DNA from: an uncultured bacterium
Lineage (GTDB): Bacteria; Armatimonadota; Abditibacteriia; Abditibacteriales; Abditibacteriaceae
Direction of reading: 5' to 3'
Assembly (NCBI GenBank): GCA_963843795.1
Contig: CAWJLW010000006.1
Coordinates: 248,001-312,000 of the forward strand
DNA: 64,000 nucleotides
Each line of letters opens with the position of its first letter. Within the stretch, counting starts at the first letter, position 1. Below the pieces are notes generated by a model that worked only from the letters and a program-made list of their open reading frames with translations, was not told where the DNA came from and ran no database searches. Both the position numbers and the translations under genes were made by a program. This document shows, one piece after another, positions 31,106 to 42,600 of the stretch.

Positions 31106-31137
31106 AAAAGCGCCTGCAAGTACTTGCAGGCGCTTTT
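31106..31137. repeat. 32-bp perfect palindrome centred on GCAAGTACTTGC, between convergent genes
   Basis: aaaagcgcctgcaagt|acttgcaggcgctttt. Confidence 0.9.
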
Positions 31138-31150
31138 CGCTTTGAAATTC

Positions 31151-31423
31151 TCAGCTTGTGTTACGGATGCGAAAAGTTTCGCTATCTCCTCTGAGCGCTT
31201 CGTCATTAACAATCTGACATTCGCAGGTAGCGCGAAATAAGCCCAGCAGCCGGTCAATGAAATCTTCGACGGTTTCTTGTTCGCCGCGCAAAACGATTTC
31301 CACCCGTCCATCGTGATGATTGCGTGCCCAGCCGCCCATGCCCAAGTCGCGTGCGGTGTCGGCAGCAGTGGCGCGAAAGCCCACGCCTTGCACATCGCCG
31401 GAAAACCATAATTGAAAAGCCAT
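31151..31423 (-). CDS. acyP: Acylphosphatase
   Basis: GDVQGVGFR, GWARN..DGRVE; GGAGGAGG SD. Confidence 0.92.
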   Translation of the reverse strand: MAFQLWFSGDVQGVGFRATAADTARDLGMGGWARNHHDGRVEIVLRGEQETVEDFIDRLLGLFRATCECQIVNDEALRGDSETFRIRNTS

Positions 31424-31519
31424 AGCCTCCTCCTTCGGGCAAAATGAGCCAAATTTACGCCAAATGTCGCGCTTTGGGCAGGCAAGTACTTGCGGTAGGA
31501 AATCACGTTGGCTTTGTGA

Positions 31520-32308
31520 TTATTTTTTCACGATGAGCACATAATGATCTTGTTGCAGTTCGTAATTCGTGACTTTGGTAAAACCCGCGATTTTGGCTTC
31601 GCGCTCGACAATCGGCAGCGCCAAACGATGATCGTCGGTCAAGGGATCGTCATCGTTTCGTTCATCGACGCGGCGCTTGGGCTGGCCGGTCGCGGCGATA
31701 GCAGCGCTCGCTTCACTGCGCAATTGTTCGTCGTCGCGCTCGATAAAAGCCATACGCGCACCGGGCTTCATCGCTGCTCGAATGCTTTTTAGCATCGTCA
31801 ATGGATCGCCAAATTCGTGATACGCGTTCAAAATTAAGACTGCGTCCAGCGTTTTGGCGGGCAGTTTGGGGTCGGTCACCGTGCCCAGAATCGTGCGCAC
31901 ATTTTTCAGTCCGGCTTTTTGGGCGCGCTGGGCGATGAAATCGGTGAATTTGGGCAGAATATCTTCGGCATAAACGCGCCCTTGGGGCCCGACGCGTTGC
32001 GCCGCGAGCATTGTGAACCAGCCGCCGCCCGCGCCAATATCGCCTACGAACGAACCGCGCTTGATGCCCATATCGGTCATCACTTGGTCGATTTTTAGTT
32101 CGCGCGCTCGCTCGGCGCTTTCAAAACCATTGTTTGGGCCATAAGGCGAACCCGTCCACGGGCGTGCAGTTTTGCGCACGACTTTAGTTTCGGGCGCGGA
32201 CTTTTCCCGTGGTGTTTCTTGAGCGTGCGCGGCGACCCAGAACGCTCCTACGGCCAAGCCCACAGCGCCCACAGATTTGGCAACGACCGAAATCGGTTTC
32301 TTTCGCAT
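31520..32308 (-). CDS. Secreted class I SAM-dependent methyltransferase
   Basis: Signal-like N-terminus; DIGAGGG, VYAEDI, NAYHE. Confidence 0.85.
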   Translation of the reverse strand: MRKKPISVVAKSVGAVGLAVGAFWVAAHAQETPREKSAPETKVVRKTARPWTGSPYGPNNGFESAERARELKIDQVMTDMGIKRGSFVGDIGAGGGWFTMLAAQRVGPQGRVYAEDILPKFTDFIAQRAQKAGLKNVRTILGTVTDPKLPAKTLDAVLILNAYHEFGDPLTMLKSIRAAMKPGARMAFIERDDEQLRSEASAAIAATGQPKRRVDERNDDDPLTDDHRLALPIVEREAKIAGFTKVTNYELQQDHYVLIVKK

Positions 32309-32389
32309 GTTTATCCCCTTCAATTTTGTGGCGACCAAGACGAAGCGCGCGCACGGCGGTTGCTGTTGTCGCCCTAAATTACAACGCTA

Positions 32390-33190
32390 TTACAACGCTA
32401 CACGCCGACCCTGACCAATCGCGATGGCCTCAATCATCTGCGCGCGCAGCCAAATTTTGGCGTTTTCAATCGACTGCGCCAAAGCCGCGCCGCGCGCGCG
32501 TTGGGCTGCAATCGCCGCCGCGAGCAAACAACCGGTCCCACGCACTTCCCCCCTTTCGATGCGCGGCAGCGAAAATGGGTGCAAATGCGAATCGTGCCAC
32601 CAGTAATCGACCGAATGCGCGGAATCGAACTCGGCAAAATGACCGCCTTTTATCAGCACCGATTGAGCACCGTATCGCGCGCAAATTTCCTGCGCCGCGC
32701 GGTGCAACGAAACTTTATCTATAATCGAGATTTCGCTCAGAATGTGAGCTTCACCGATATTGGGTGTCAAGAGTTCGCAGTTCGCGCGTGCAAGTACTTG
32801 CACAATGGCGCGCGCGTTTTCGGCATCGACAAACGGCGCGCCGCCCGAAGGCGCGAACACCGGATCGTAAATCAAAGGCACGCTCGGCAAGTACTTGCAG
32901 CGTTGCGCGATGATCTCTGCGGCTTCAACGCTGGGAATCAAGCCGATTTTCAGAGCGCGAATTTCAATGTCATCCAGCACACAATCGAGTTGAGCGGTCA
33001 AAATTTCCGGCGCGACGGGATGGTTCATCCGCACACCTCGCGTGTTTTGCGCCACGACCGCAGTCACGATGGCACAAGCGTGCGCGCCGAAAGCGCGACA
33101 GGCGCGTGCATCGGCGGGCAAACCGGCACCACCCGATGGGTCGGTGCCGCCAATAGTGAGCACGCAAGTACTTGCAGGAAGATTTTTCAT
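32390..33190 (-). CDS. thiD: Hydroxymethylpyrimidine/phosphomethylpyrimidine kinase
   Basis: IGGTDPSGGAG, AQNT, LLTPN..EA, IKGGH, RGTGC. Confidence 0.92.
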   Translation of the reverse strand: MKNLPASTCVLTIGGTDPSGGAGLPADARACRAFGAHACAIVTAVVAQNTRGVRMNHPVAPEILTAQLDCVLDDIEIRALKIGLIPSVEAAEIIAQRCKYLPSVPLIYDPVFAPSGGAPFVDAENARAIVQVLARANCELLTPNIGEAHILSEISIIDKVSLHRAAQEICARYGAQSVLIKGGHFAEFDSAHSVDYWWHDSHLHPFSLPRIERGEVRGTGCLLAAAIAAQRARGAALAQSIENAKIWLRAQMIEAIAIGQGRRVAL

Positions 33191-33253
33191 GAAAACGGGC
33201 ATTACGCTTGCAACTTTTAACGTCTTATCCAAACCAAAACGGAGGAAAACCAG

Positions 33254-34126
33254 ATGGCTTTATCTTATTCGACCACGCGCTCTGGCGCTCTGGCGCACAG
33301 CAATGACAAGGTGCGTCGCAGCGTTCTTGTGACTGGGGCAGCGGGCAATATTGGCTCATATTTCGCCGAAAATTCGCACCAGAAGTATGATTTGACTTTG
33401 CTCGATCACGAAGGCGGCGACACCAAAAAATTGCAAGGCTACGGCAAAATTATCGTCGGCGACATCACGAATTTAGACGAGATAAAAACGCAGTTTGCCG
33501 GTATCGATACCATCGTGCATCTGGCCGCCACGCCCGATCCGAGCGCGACGTGGACCACGATTCGCGACCTCAACATCGAAGGCACTTACAACGTGATGGT
33601 GGCCGCCAAAAGTGCGGGTTGCCGTCGCGTCATATATGCCAGCTCTATTCACGCGGTTTCGGGTTATCCAAGCGATATTCAAGTCAAAACCAGCGAACCG
33701 GTCAATCCGGGCGATTTATATGGCGTTTCCAAATGTTTTGGCGAAGCGATGGGCCGTTACATGGCAGAGCAGGAAGGCTTGTCGGTCATCGCGTTGCGCA
33801 TCGGCGGCTTTCAGCCACCTAGCAGCGTCGACGGTGCCGACGAACTGGGCTTGCTCGACGCGTGGGTTTCGGAGCGCGATCTCAATCAATTGATAGAGCG
33901 GTGTATTGATGTTGAAAACTTGCAATATGCGGTTTTTCACGGTCTGAGCGACAATCGTTTCAAGCGTTTGGATATATCCGATGCTCGCGAACTTGTCGGT
34001 TACGCACCTCAGGACGACGCTACACGGGAAAATGAAGCCACGCGCGAACTTCATCTCGACGAAGCGCTGAACACACATTCGCGCCAAGACGGTCAGAAAT
34101 CGGGGATTCGCGAAGAATTGAATTGA
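33254..34126 (+). CDS. NAD-dependent epimerase/dehydratase (uronate dehydrogenase-like)
   Basis: TGAAGNIG, ASSIHAV, YGVSK, LRIG. Confidence 0.88.
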   Translation: MALSYSTTRSGALAHSNDKVRRSVLVTGAAGNIGSYFAENSHQKYDLTLLDHEGGDTKKLQGYGKIIVGDITNLDEIKTQFAGIDTIVHLAATPDPSATWTTIRDLNIEGTYNVMVAAKSAGCRRVIYASSIHAVSGYPSDIQVKTSEPVNPGDLYGVSKCFGEAMGRYMAEQEGLSVIALRIGGFQPPSSVDGADELGLLDAWVSERDLNQLIERCIDVENLQYAVFHGLSDNRFKRLDISDARELVGYAPQDDATRENEATRELHLDEALNTHSRQDGQKSGIREELN

Positions 34127-34217
34127 AGCGATTGTCAGGAAAAAAGATAACGACACTGGCATTACGGCATCGCAATTGCAACTTTTAACTTCATTCCAAA
34201 ACTTTTCGGAGGTAATT

Positions 34218-34736
34218 ATGCAAAATAGAGTAACAGCCGTTTTTGGTGACAGAACACAGGCAGAACAAGCTTTGCAAGCGTTACGCTCTTTGGGTGTGCG
34301 CGAGGATCACATGTCGTTGATTTCACAGCACAATGATGATGTCGTTGGTGCCAATCACGTAGGTGATAATGACGATGCAGGGAGCGGTGCTCTCACCGGT
34401 TTAGCTGCAGGTGCAAGCGTAGGTGCGTTATTTGGCTTGGGCGCGGCCTTGATTCCGGGTGTTGGGCCGTTTATTACAGCGGGCACCTTGTTGTATTCGG
34501 CTCTCGGTGCGGCAGGAGGCGGTGCAGCAGCGGGCGCGATTGTTGGTGGCACCACAGGTGCCGTAGCGGGCGCATTGGCGCGCGCTGGTTACGATGAACA
34601 CGAAGCCAAATATTATGGCGAGCGCATCGAGAGCGGTGACGTTTTTCTAGCCGTTGATGCTGGTGACGCGGTTTCTCTCGATCAGATTCGCGCCACGATG
34701 GTGCAATATGGCGGACGTTCGGCACAAATTTCGTAA
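34218..34736 (+). CDS. General stress protein-like membrane protein
   Basis: AVF..R..AE.A, IPGVGPFITAG, Gly/Ala zipper, EAKYY. Confidence 0.8.
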   Translation: MQNRVTAVFGDRTQAEQALQALRSLGVREDHMSLISQHNDDVVGANHVGDNDDAGSGALTGLAAGASVGALFGLGAALIPGVGPFITAGTLLYSALGAAGGGAAAGAIVGGTTGAVAGALARAGYDEHEAKYYGERIESGDVFLAVDAGDAVSLDQIRATMVQYGGRSAQIS

Positions 34737-34768
34737 AGCTGGGCCCGCATCAATTTTCGGCGAAATTT

Positions 34769-34808
34769 AAATAAAAGCCCGCGCAAGTACTTGCGCGGGC
34801 TTTTATTT
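34769..34808. repeat. 40-bp perfect palindrome centred on GCAAGTACTTGC, between convergent genes
   Basis: aaataaaagcccgcgcaagt|acttgcgcgggcttttattt. Confidence 0.9.
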
Positions 34809-35606
34809 TTTTAGGGGCGTAAAAGTAAATTTGCTGATGATAATTTCAGAGTTCTGTGCATTTTGTGGCGCTTTCCCCTGAAATAGCCAAAAGTTGATAT
34901 GCAGCGGCAGCGGATGCTGTGGAATGTATTCTTCCGGAGCTTTAGGCGCGTATTTCCAGTGTGCTATGGTATTTTTGTCATCGTCGCGATGGCCACCGAG
35001 CAACCAAAATTCGATGTAATTAGGCGACCAGTCGAAGCGTGCAGTGGTGTAATCACCATCGAGCTTGAAATCGAACGTATGGGTCTGAGTTTTCAGCGTT
35101 TCTCCCTCACTTTCTTTCAATGCGGGCCACACTGAAAAGTTGCCGTTGGGTATTTCGGCTTTGCCCCAGCGCGCGAATTCGATATCAATTTCATTGGTGC
35201 CGTCTGGTCCTATCTCGGGCACGGTATAGGGGAACAAACCGAACACGATTTGTGGATCGAAGCGGTCGGGACGCCCGACAATTTGCCATTGATAACGTCC
35301 GAATCCCAAGCGCTCCTTGGTAAAAAGTTCGGCGCACTGCCATTGGCCATTGCGCTGCGAAATTTTCAAATGCAAATGGCCCGCTTCGTCGAGCCACACG
35401 TTGTTTTCGTCCCATGAATTTGGCCCTGGCCCCATTTGGGGAGCCGTTTTAATTGTCCACTCATAACCGCCAAATCGCAGAGTTTTTTCGGTAGGCTTCT
35501 TTTCGGCGTCAGCAGCGCGGACACAGGAAATATTTTGCGCGAAAAGCGTAACGAACAATGCAGCCAGCGTTTTTGATGCGTGGAAAAAAGAAGGTGTGAA
35601 AATCAT
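34803..35606 (-). CDS. Secreted glycoside hydrolase family 16-like protein
   Basis: EIDIE catalytic motif, GPGPN, signal peptide; start uncertain. Confidence 0.8.
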   Translation of the reverse strand: MIFTPSFFHASKTLAALFVTLFAQNISCVRAADAEKKPTEKTLRFGGYEWTIKTAPQMGPGPNSWDENNVWLDEAGHLHLKISQRNGQWQCAELFTKERLGFGRYQWQIVGRPDRFDPQIVFGLFPYTVPEIGPDGTNEIDIEFARWGKAEIPNGNFSVWPALKESEGETLKTQTHTFDFKLDGDYTTARFDWSPNYIEFWLLGGHRDDDKNTIAHWKYAPKAPEEYIPQHPLPLHINFWLFQGKAPQNAQNSEIIISKFTFTPLKK

Positions 35607-35754
35607 CGGTAACTCTGCAAAGCGGGGAAATGGTGTTCTTTGAGGCCATGTAGCAATCAACGGTTGCAAAAATGGTGCAACCACTACTCACCACGCGCTT
35701 TGGCACTGCTTTGGCTCATGAGTCAGGCACCCGTAATTTCAAGGAGTGTTTGAC

Positions 35755-36240
35755 ATGGTTGACGATAACGTGCAGCATGGAATCGATGACGATCCCAACA
35801 ATGATGCAGAAAAAGGCGCGGCTGTCGGTGGACTGGGCGGCGCAGCTGTTGGAGCGGCAGCCGGAGCTGCTGTTGGTCCGGTCGGTGCAGTCGTCGGCGC
35901 GGTCGTCGGTGGCTTAACTGGAGCTGGAGCCAGCGGATTGGCAGTCGGTGCGGTCGATGCCGTCGATAACGATAATACGATTTCTGGCGTCGGCAGCGGC
36001 GCAACTGCCGATGTGAATCGCGATGTCAATGACACCACTTTGCGTGGCTCTGATATTGTCGATCCCGATAGACCGACACGCACCGATGTCGCAGATTCTG
36101 GAACCAATGCGGTTTATGGAACGACCGGCACAACGGTCACGCACACCGCCGATGTTTCGGACATGAACATCGACGACGGCGTAGCTACTGTGCCCAATGT
36201 GCGCAGCGATGTCGATTTAACGCCTGACAAAACTGTGTAA
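35755..36240 (+). CDS. Acidic glycine-zipper protein
   Basis: GAAVG repeats; AAGGAG SD upstream. Confidence 0.7.
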   Translation: MVDDNVQHGIDDDPNNDAEKGAAVGGLGGAAVGAAAGAAVGPVGAVVGAVVGGLTGAGASGLAVGAVDAVDNDNTISGVGSGATADVNRDVNDTTLRGSDIVDPDRPTRTDVADSGTNAVYGTTGTTVTHTADVSDMNIDDGVATVPNVRSDVDLTPDKTV

Positions 36241-36264
36241 TAGGCTCCACAGTTTTACGATTAG

Positions 36265-36296
36265 AAAGCTCGCTGCAAGTACTTGCAGCGAGCTTT
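36265..36296. repeat. 32-bp perfect palindrome centred on GCAAGTACTTGC; putative terminator
   Basis: aaagctcgctgcaagt|acttgcagcgagcttt followed by T-rich tail. Confidence 0.88.
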
Positions 36297-36692
36297 ATTT
36301 TGCTTGGCCTTATGTATCCTGTGCAGAACTAATGTTGTTGCCAAATTGATATTCGCAGCTGCCAATGTCGCCACTTTCCATCGATCCCGGAGGCATTCTT
36401 AAATTTTCATCCCAGAAAGTTCGTCACGCGTTTTGCAGGATTTGCGGCCTAAGGCGCAGTTTGTTTCGGTCAGGTTTCGAAAATTGCGCCATTGCTCGGT
36501 TCGCGCCATATTTAAATAAGCGCTTTTTCAACGCGTGTCTGGGAAACCTAAGCGCACAGCAACTGCGCTGCAAGTACTTGCTGTGCGCTTGAGCCAGCAG
36601 GATTTGCCCCTTTGCCGCTTAGTGACGCCTTTTATTCGGTAAAACCTTGTTGCAGAGACTTGTAGGACAGCTTCAACTTTTAATGTATCTAT

Positions 36693-39600
36693 ATGACTTC
36701 TAAAACCGGTCTTGTTCTAGGCTTTTTTCGTGATGACGCGACCGCAGCGAGTGCGCTCAAGAAACTGCGGCGCGCTGGATTTACGCGTTTGGCTTCGATT
36801 CAAAAAAATCGTGATGCGCAAGTCGATATTCGCGCGATGCGCATCTCTGATAATCTCGGCACGTTGCTGGGCGGCGCGAGCGGGCTTTCTCTCGCCGCGC
36901 TGAGCGCCTGGCCTTTAGGACGCTTGCCCTTGTCCAATGCGAATCTGATTCGCGGATTGACGATTGGCGCGGGAGGTGTGCTGGGCGCGGCGAGCGGACG
37001 TTTGCTGGCGCGTCATTTTAACGCGGGCGTATCGCCTGAAACGGTGCAGCTATACAGTCGCTGGGTCGTGACTGGTGAAACATTGATTATCGTGCGCGCT
37101 GCGACCGATGGCATTGAAGATGTGCTGCGAATTTTGCGCGCCGATAAAGAAAACTTACCGGTTTCATTCGTCGTGCGCCCGCACCTGCGCGATGAAAACG
37201 CTTTGCTACAGAAAATTTTGCGCACCGATAAAGCGCTCAATCAAACTAAAAACGGCACGGCGCGTTTGGCTTTGACCGCGCGCGATGAACGTCCGCATCC
37301 ACTGGTTGGCGATGCCCTGCGTGAACACGCGACGGCTACCGCCACACGCCACGCGCCTCTAGTTGGTAAAGGACGCGCGCGCACATTGCTGCGTCGTTTG
37401 CGCAGCAGCGAGCGCATTATTAATGGTGTGTGTCGCGGGCTGGCCGAAGCGGCTCGTCTTGAACAGCCAGTTTCGCTTTCGGCGGAATGGTTGCTCGATA
37501 ATGCTTATATCATCGCGCGTCAGATCGCCGATGTGCGGCGCAACCTGACCGGTGCGTTCTACGCGGAACTGCCGGTTTTGGTGCCTAAAAGAGCGCAACA
37601 GGAAAGCACGACTTTTATTCCTTTGGGTTTCGCGCATGAAGTGCGTGGGGTGACGCGTGCTTACTCCATCGCGCGCGACTTGGTGAATCATGTCGATGGG
37701 CGTTTGGACGAACACAATATCCGCGAGTATGTCAGCGCTTACCAAAGCGTTTTGCCGCTCACGATGGGTGAGTTGTGGGCGCTGCCGTTGATGCTGCGCT
37801 TAGCGCTGATTGAAAATTTGCGTCGCCTGACGATGCAAACCGATTTGCGCCAGCGCGACCGCGAACGCGCGGATTTCTGGGCCAATCGTCTGCTCGCCGC
37901 CTCGCGCTCGGAAGACGAATTGATGCTGACTTTGTTGGCCGATTTAACCAAAGAACAGCCGCAATTGGGCGCACATTTCGCCGACCGCTTAATTTCGGGT
38001 TTGTATGATGAAGAAACCGCGCTCGTACTGGTGCGCGGCTGGGTCGAGCGCAAATTGAACGCGTCGCTGGGCGACATTGTCGCGCGCGAAGGCCGGCGTC
38101 AGGCTGCTGACCAGATTTCTGTGGCCAATACTATCGGCAGTCTACGTGCGCTGGGCGAAATGGATTGGCGCGAAAGTTTTGAAGCGCTTTCTCTCGTGCA
38201 CGATGTGCTGTGCAACGATTTGACGGGCACTTATCCCAAAATGGATTTCGCCACGCGCGACCGCTACCGCCACCAGGTCGAGCGCATCGCGCGCGGCACA
38301 CAACGCCAGGGCGCGCCATCCGATCTCGCACCAGTTGAAATCAACGTCGCCAGGCGCACGCTCGCTGCCGCGCGCAACTTCCTGCCCGCTGAACTCAAAA
38401 TCGCTCCCGATGTTGAAACTTCTTCAATCCCTTCAACCAGTCTTTCCCTCGTGAATGCTGAGGCTGCGCCGACCGCTTTGCAAATCGCGCCCAAGACGTG
38501 GGCAATTGAAGACGGGGAGATACCACGCGGGCACATTGGTTTTCATTTGTTAGAAGAAGGCGTGCGCGATTTAGAGCGTTCGGTTGATTATAGGCCCAGT
38601 GTACGATTTGCGCTGCGTCGCTGGATTACCGACAATGCTGGCGCGACGTATTTCGGCGCGCTGGGCATTGGCACTCTCAGTGCGAGCGCGCTGGCCTTGT
38701 TTATCGCGCGTCGTGGCGCGCAAAATCTGGGACGCGGAAGTTGGGGTTTTGGTGCGTTAGCTCTGGCTCCGGCGAGCGAACTGGCGGTTCAAGGCTTGCA
38801 TTTCGCTTTGACCAAAATATTGGAACCGGTCACGCTGCCCAAAATGTCGTTCGAAGACAGCGGTGTGCCAGATGAATGGCGCACGCTGGTCGTTGTGCCG
38901 ATGATGCTTTCGAGTGAAGAAGCGATTCGATTAGACGCCGAGCGTTTGGAAGTACGTTATCTGGCCAACAGCGACACCAATTTGCGCTTCGCTTTGCTAA
39001 GTGATTTCAGCGACGCTCCGCAACGCGTGATGCCCGAAGACGCCGCAAAATTGCAAGTGGCGCAAAACGCCATTGTGCAACTCAATCGGCGCTATGGCCC
39101 TGTGCAGTGGAACGCAGCTGATGGTTCCTATCAAGAAGGCGCGCGCTTTTTGTTGTTCGGGCGCGAACGGCGTTGGAGTGAAACCGAGCAAAAATGGATG
39201 GGCTGGGAGCGCAAACGCGGCAAGTTGGAAGAACTGAACGAATTGCTATGCGGACGTGGCAGTGGCGCGACCGATGCGCTGCACGTCATGGAAGGCGAAC
39301 CTAATTCGCTTGAAGGCGTGCGCTTTGTCATCACACTGGACGCCGATACGCAATTGCCGCGCGATTCAGCGCGCCGCATGATCGAAACGCTCGCTCATCC
39401 GCTCAATCGTCCGGTCATTGGCCAATCGGCCAGCAATGCGCGGCCCACTGTGCAACGCGGGTATACAGTTATTCAGCCACGCGTTTCCACTGCTTTGCCT
39501 TCGGCAACCGCAACGCATTTTTCGCGCTTGTTCACCGATGCGACCGGCAGCGATCCATATACGCACGCGATTTCTGACGTTTATCAAGACACGTTCGGCG

Positions 39601-42600
39601 AAGGCTCATATCACGGCAAAGGCATTTACGATGTGCAGGCATTTCAGCAAGTACTTGCCGAGCGTTTTCCGCCCGCGACTTTGCTTTCGCACGACCTGCT
39701 CGAAGGCGCTCATGTGCGTGTCGGGCTGGCTTCGGACATCGAACTGTTCGACGAATTTCCGCCAACTTATTTGGCCTACGCGCGCCGCAATCATCGCTGG
39801 CTGCGCGGCGACTGGCAAATTTTGGATTGGGTGCGCAGCAAAGTTCCCGCGCCCGAAGGTCGCGTTCCCAATGCGTTGTCGGTGCTCAACAAATGGAAAG
39901 TGGGCGATAATCTGCGCCGTTCGGTTCTACCGGTCGCTTCGTGCGGATTACTTAGCGTGTCGTGGCTCATCGGGCCAGGCGCGGCCCTGGCAGCGGGCAT
40001 TTTAGTGGGTGCCGATTTATTGGTGCCTTCTTTAACGCAGTTCGTGACCTGGCTACCTTCGCGCACTGGAGGCGTGCCTGTAATCGCGCGCGAACTGGGA
40101 ACTGGCTTCGTGCGCGCCGGAATGCGCATGGCGGTCGTGCCTTATGAAGCGTATCTTTCGCTCGATGCGATATTGCGCACGCTGTATCGGCGCAATGTTT
40201 CCCATCAGCAATTGCTGGAATGGCAGACTGCGCAGGCCAATTATCGCGACGCCACAACGCGCGAGCGCGATTTCCAGATTCAGATGGGCGCGGTTTCGTT
40301 GTGGGCGGGCGTTAATGCTCTGGCCGTCGCAATTTTTCAAAGCGCGAGTTTGCCGGTTGCAACGCCATTTCTACTGAGCTGGCTGGCCGCCCCGCTCGCG
40401 GTGCGCTGGCTCAGTGGTGGACGTGAACGCGCGGCAGGCAGCGAATTAAATGGCGAACAAAAATTGTTGCTGCGCCGTGTGGCTCGTCAAACGTGGCGCT
40501 ATTTCGATGACTTCGTCGGCCCGCAAACTCACTGGCTGCCGCCGGATAATTATCAGGAAGCACTCCGCGTGGAAATTGCTCAGCGCACCAGCCCAACCAA
40601 TATCGGTTTGTGGCTGCTGTCGCTTTTGGCCGCGCACGATTTCGGTTATCTGCCGCTCGATGAAGTGGTTTTGCGCTCGGAAGAAACACTCGATACTCTG
40701 GACACAATGGAGCGTTTTCGCGGTCATTTTTACAACTGGTATGATGTGCAAAACGTCGAGCCATTACGCCCGCGTTATGTTTCAGCAGTTGACAGTGGCA
40801 ACTTCTTGGGTTCGCTATGGACGCATGAACAAGGCTTGCGCGGTTTGCAAGTTCGCCCCTTAATTGGCGCGGCCGCGCTCAATGGAATGTTGGATGTGTT
40901 AGGTTTGCTGCGCGAAAGTTTGGGCGAAGCCTGTTCGCCCGAAGTTCGCGATTTGGCGACTCAGTTGGAACATTTGCTGAGCGACCCGATTGAAAAGCCG
41001 AATGAAGTCATTGCCCGCGTACGCAGTTGCGAACCGCTTGTGCTGCGTTTGATTGCAGCCGTCGCTTTGGCACATCGAGCGCCTTCGATGCGTCCGCGCG
41101 ATCAGGCTAACATGGAATCTTCCACCAGCGATCCGCGTTTCGCGACCGATTCCGCCGCTTATTGGGCGGGCCAATTGGGAACGCAAATCGAGTTGTGGTT
41201 GGGGCAAATCGAGCGCTATTTGGCATGGGTCGAACTGTTGCAAAATCTGCCGGATGAAAACAGTTACCGACACGACGACGAAATTATTCGTCGCCGCAAC
41301 GATGCTTTGAAAAGGCTGCCGTCGCTGGAAGATTTGGCGGTCGGACGTGCCGATGCGATGACCGCGTTGCTGGAATTGCGCGCGCGCACTTATCTTTCGC
41401 GCGAAGCTCGCGAATGGCTGGAACGGCTTTCGATTGAATTCGGGCGCGCGCGCTGGTTTGCCGGCGAAATGAACGCGAGTGCTGAGCGTGCCATTGAAAG
41501 GATGCAAGTACTTGCACGCGAAACCGATATGCGTTTTCTGTTTGATGAAGAACGCGAGCTCTTCACAATCGGCTTCAACGTCGAAGATTTGCGCCGTGAT
41601 AATTCGTTCTACGACTTAATGGCTTCGGAATGTCGTTTGGCCTCGTTTGTTTGCGTGGCGCGTGGCGAAGTGCCACTGGAACATTGGGTCGCTTTAGGTC
41701 GCCGTTACGGTTTGGCTTATCGCCGCGCCGCGCTGCAATCGTGGAGCGGCACGATGTTCGAGTATCTGATGCCGATTCTGCTAATGAAGCCGTTTCAGAA
41801 CTCGATGCTGGAAGACGCTTGTCGCACTGCGGTTCTGGTGCAGGCCGATTATGGACGCGAGCGCAACATCCCCTGGGGCATTTCCGAAGCCGCTCACTCG
41901 GCCCTTGATACCAACAAAACTTATCAATATCACGCGTTCGGCGTGCCCGGCCTGGGTCTCAAGCGTGGCTTGCAAGACGATTTAGTGGTCGCGCCTTACG
42001 CGACGGTTTTGGCCCTGATGTTGGAACCACAGCGCGCGGTGAAAAATTTGAAACGGTTGGAAGAAATCGGGATGCGCGGAGATTACGGTTTCTACGAGTC
42101 GATTGATTATTCGCGCCAACGGATGCGCGATGCCGATCCTGATACTAACGATACCAGCGGACGTGGCGCAATTGTGCGTTGTTTTATGGCGCATCATCAA
42201 GGCATGTCACTTTTGTCTTTGGATAACGTGCTGCACGATGGCGCGATGCAGAACCGTTTTCACGCCGATCCGCGCGTGCAATCTGCCGAGCCGTTGTTGC
42301 AAGAGCGCATTCCAATCGCGCCGCCGGTTTTGCGCGAAATTTTGCCCGAACGTCCGCCGGCCCGTTTGAACGCCGATTCGATGAGCGAAAGTTCGACAGT
42401 CGACCGTTTGACGACGCCCGACACGCCGCTCCCGCGCGTACAATTGTTGTCCAATGGCCACTATTCGCTGATGGTGACGGGCGCGGGCGGCGGTTACAGT
42501 CGGCGCGATAAAATTGAAATTACACGCTGGCGGGCCGATTCAACGCGCGATAGTTGGGGACAATGGATTTATCTGCGCGACGAAGACAACAACGCGACCT

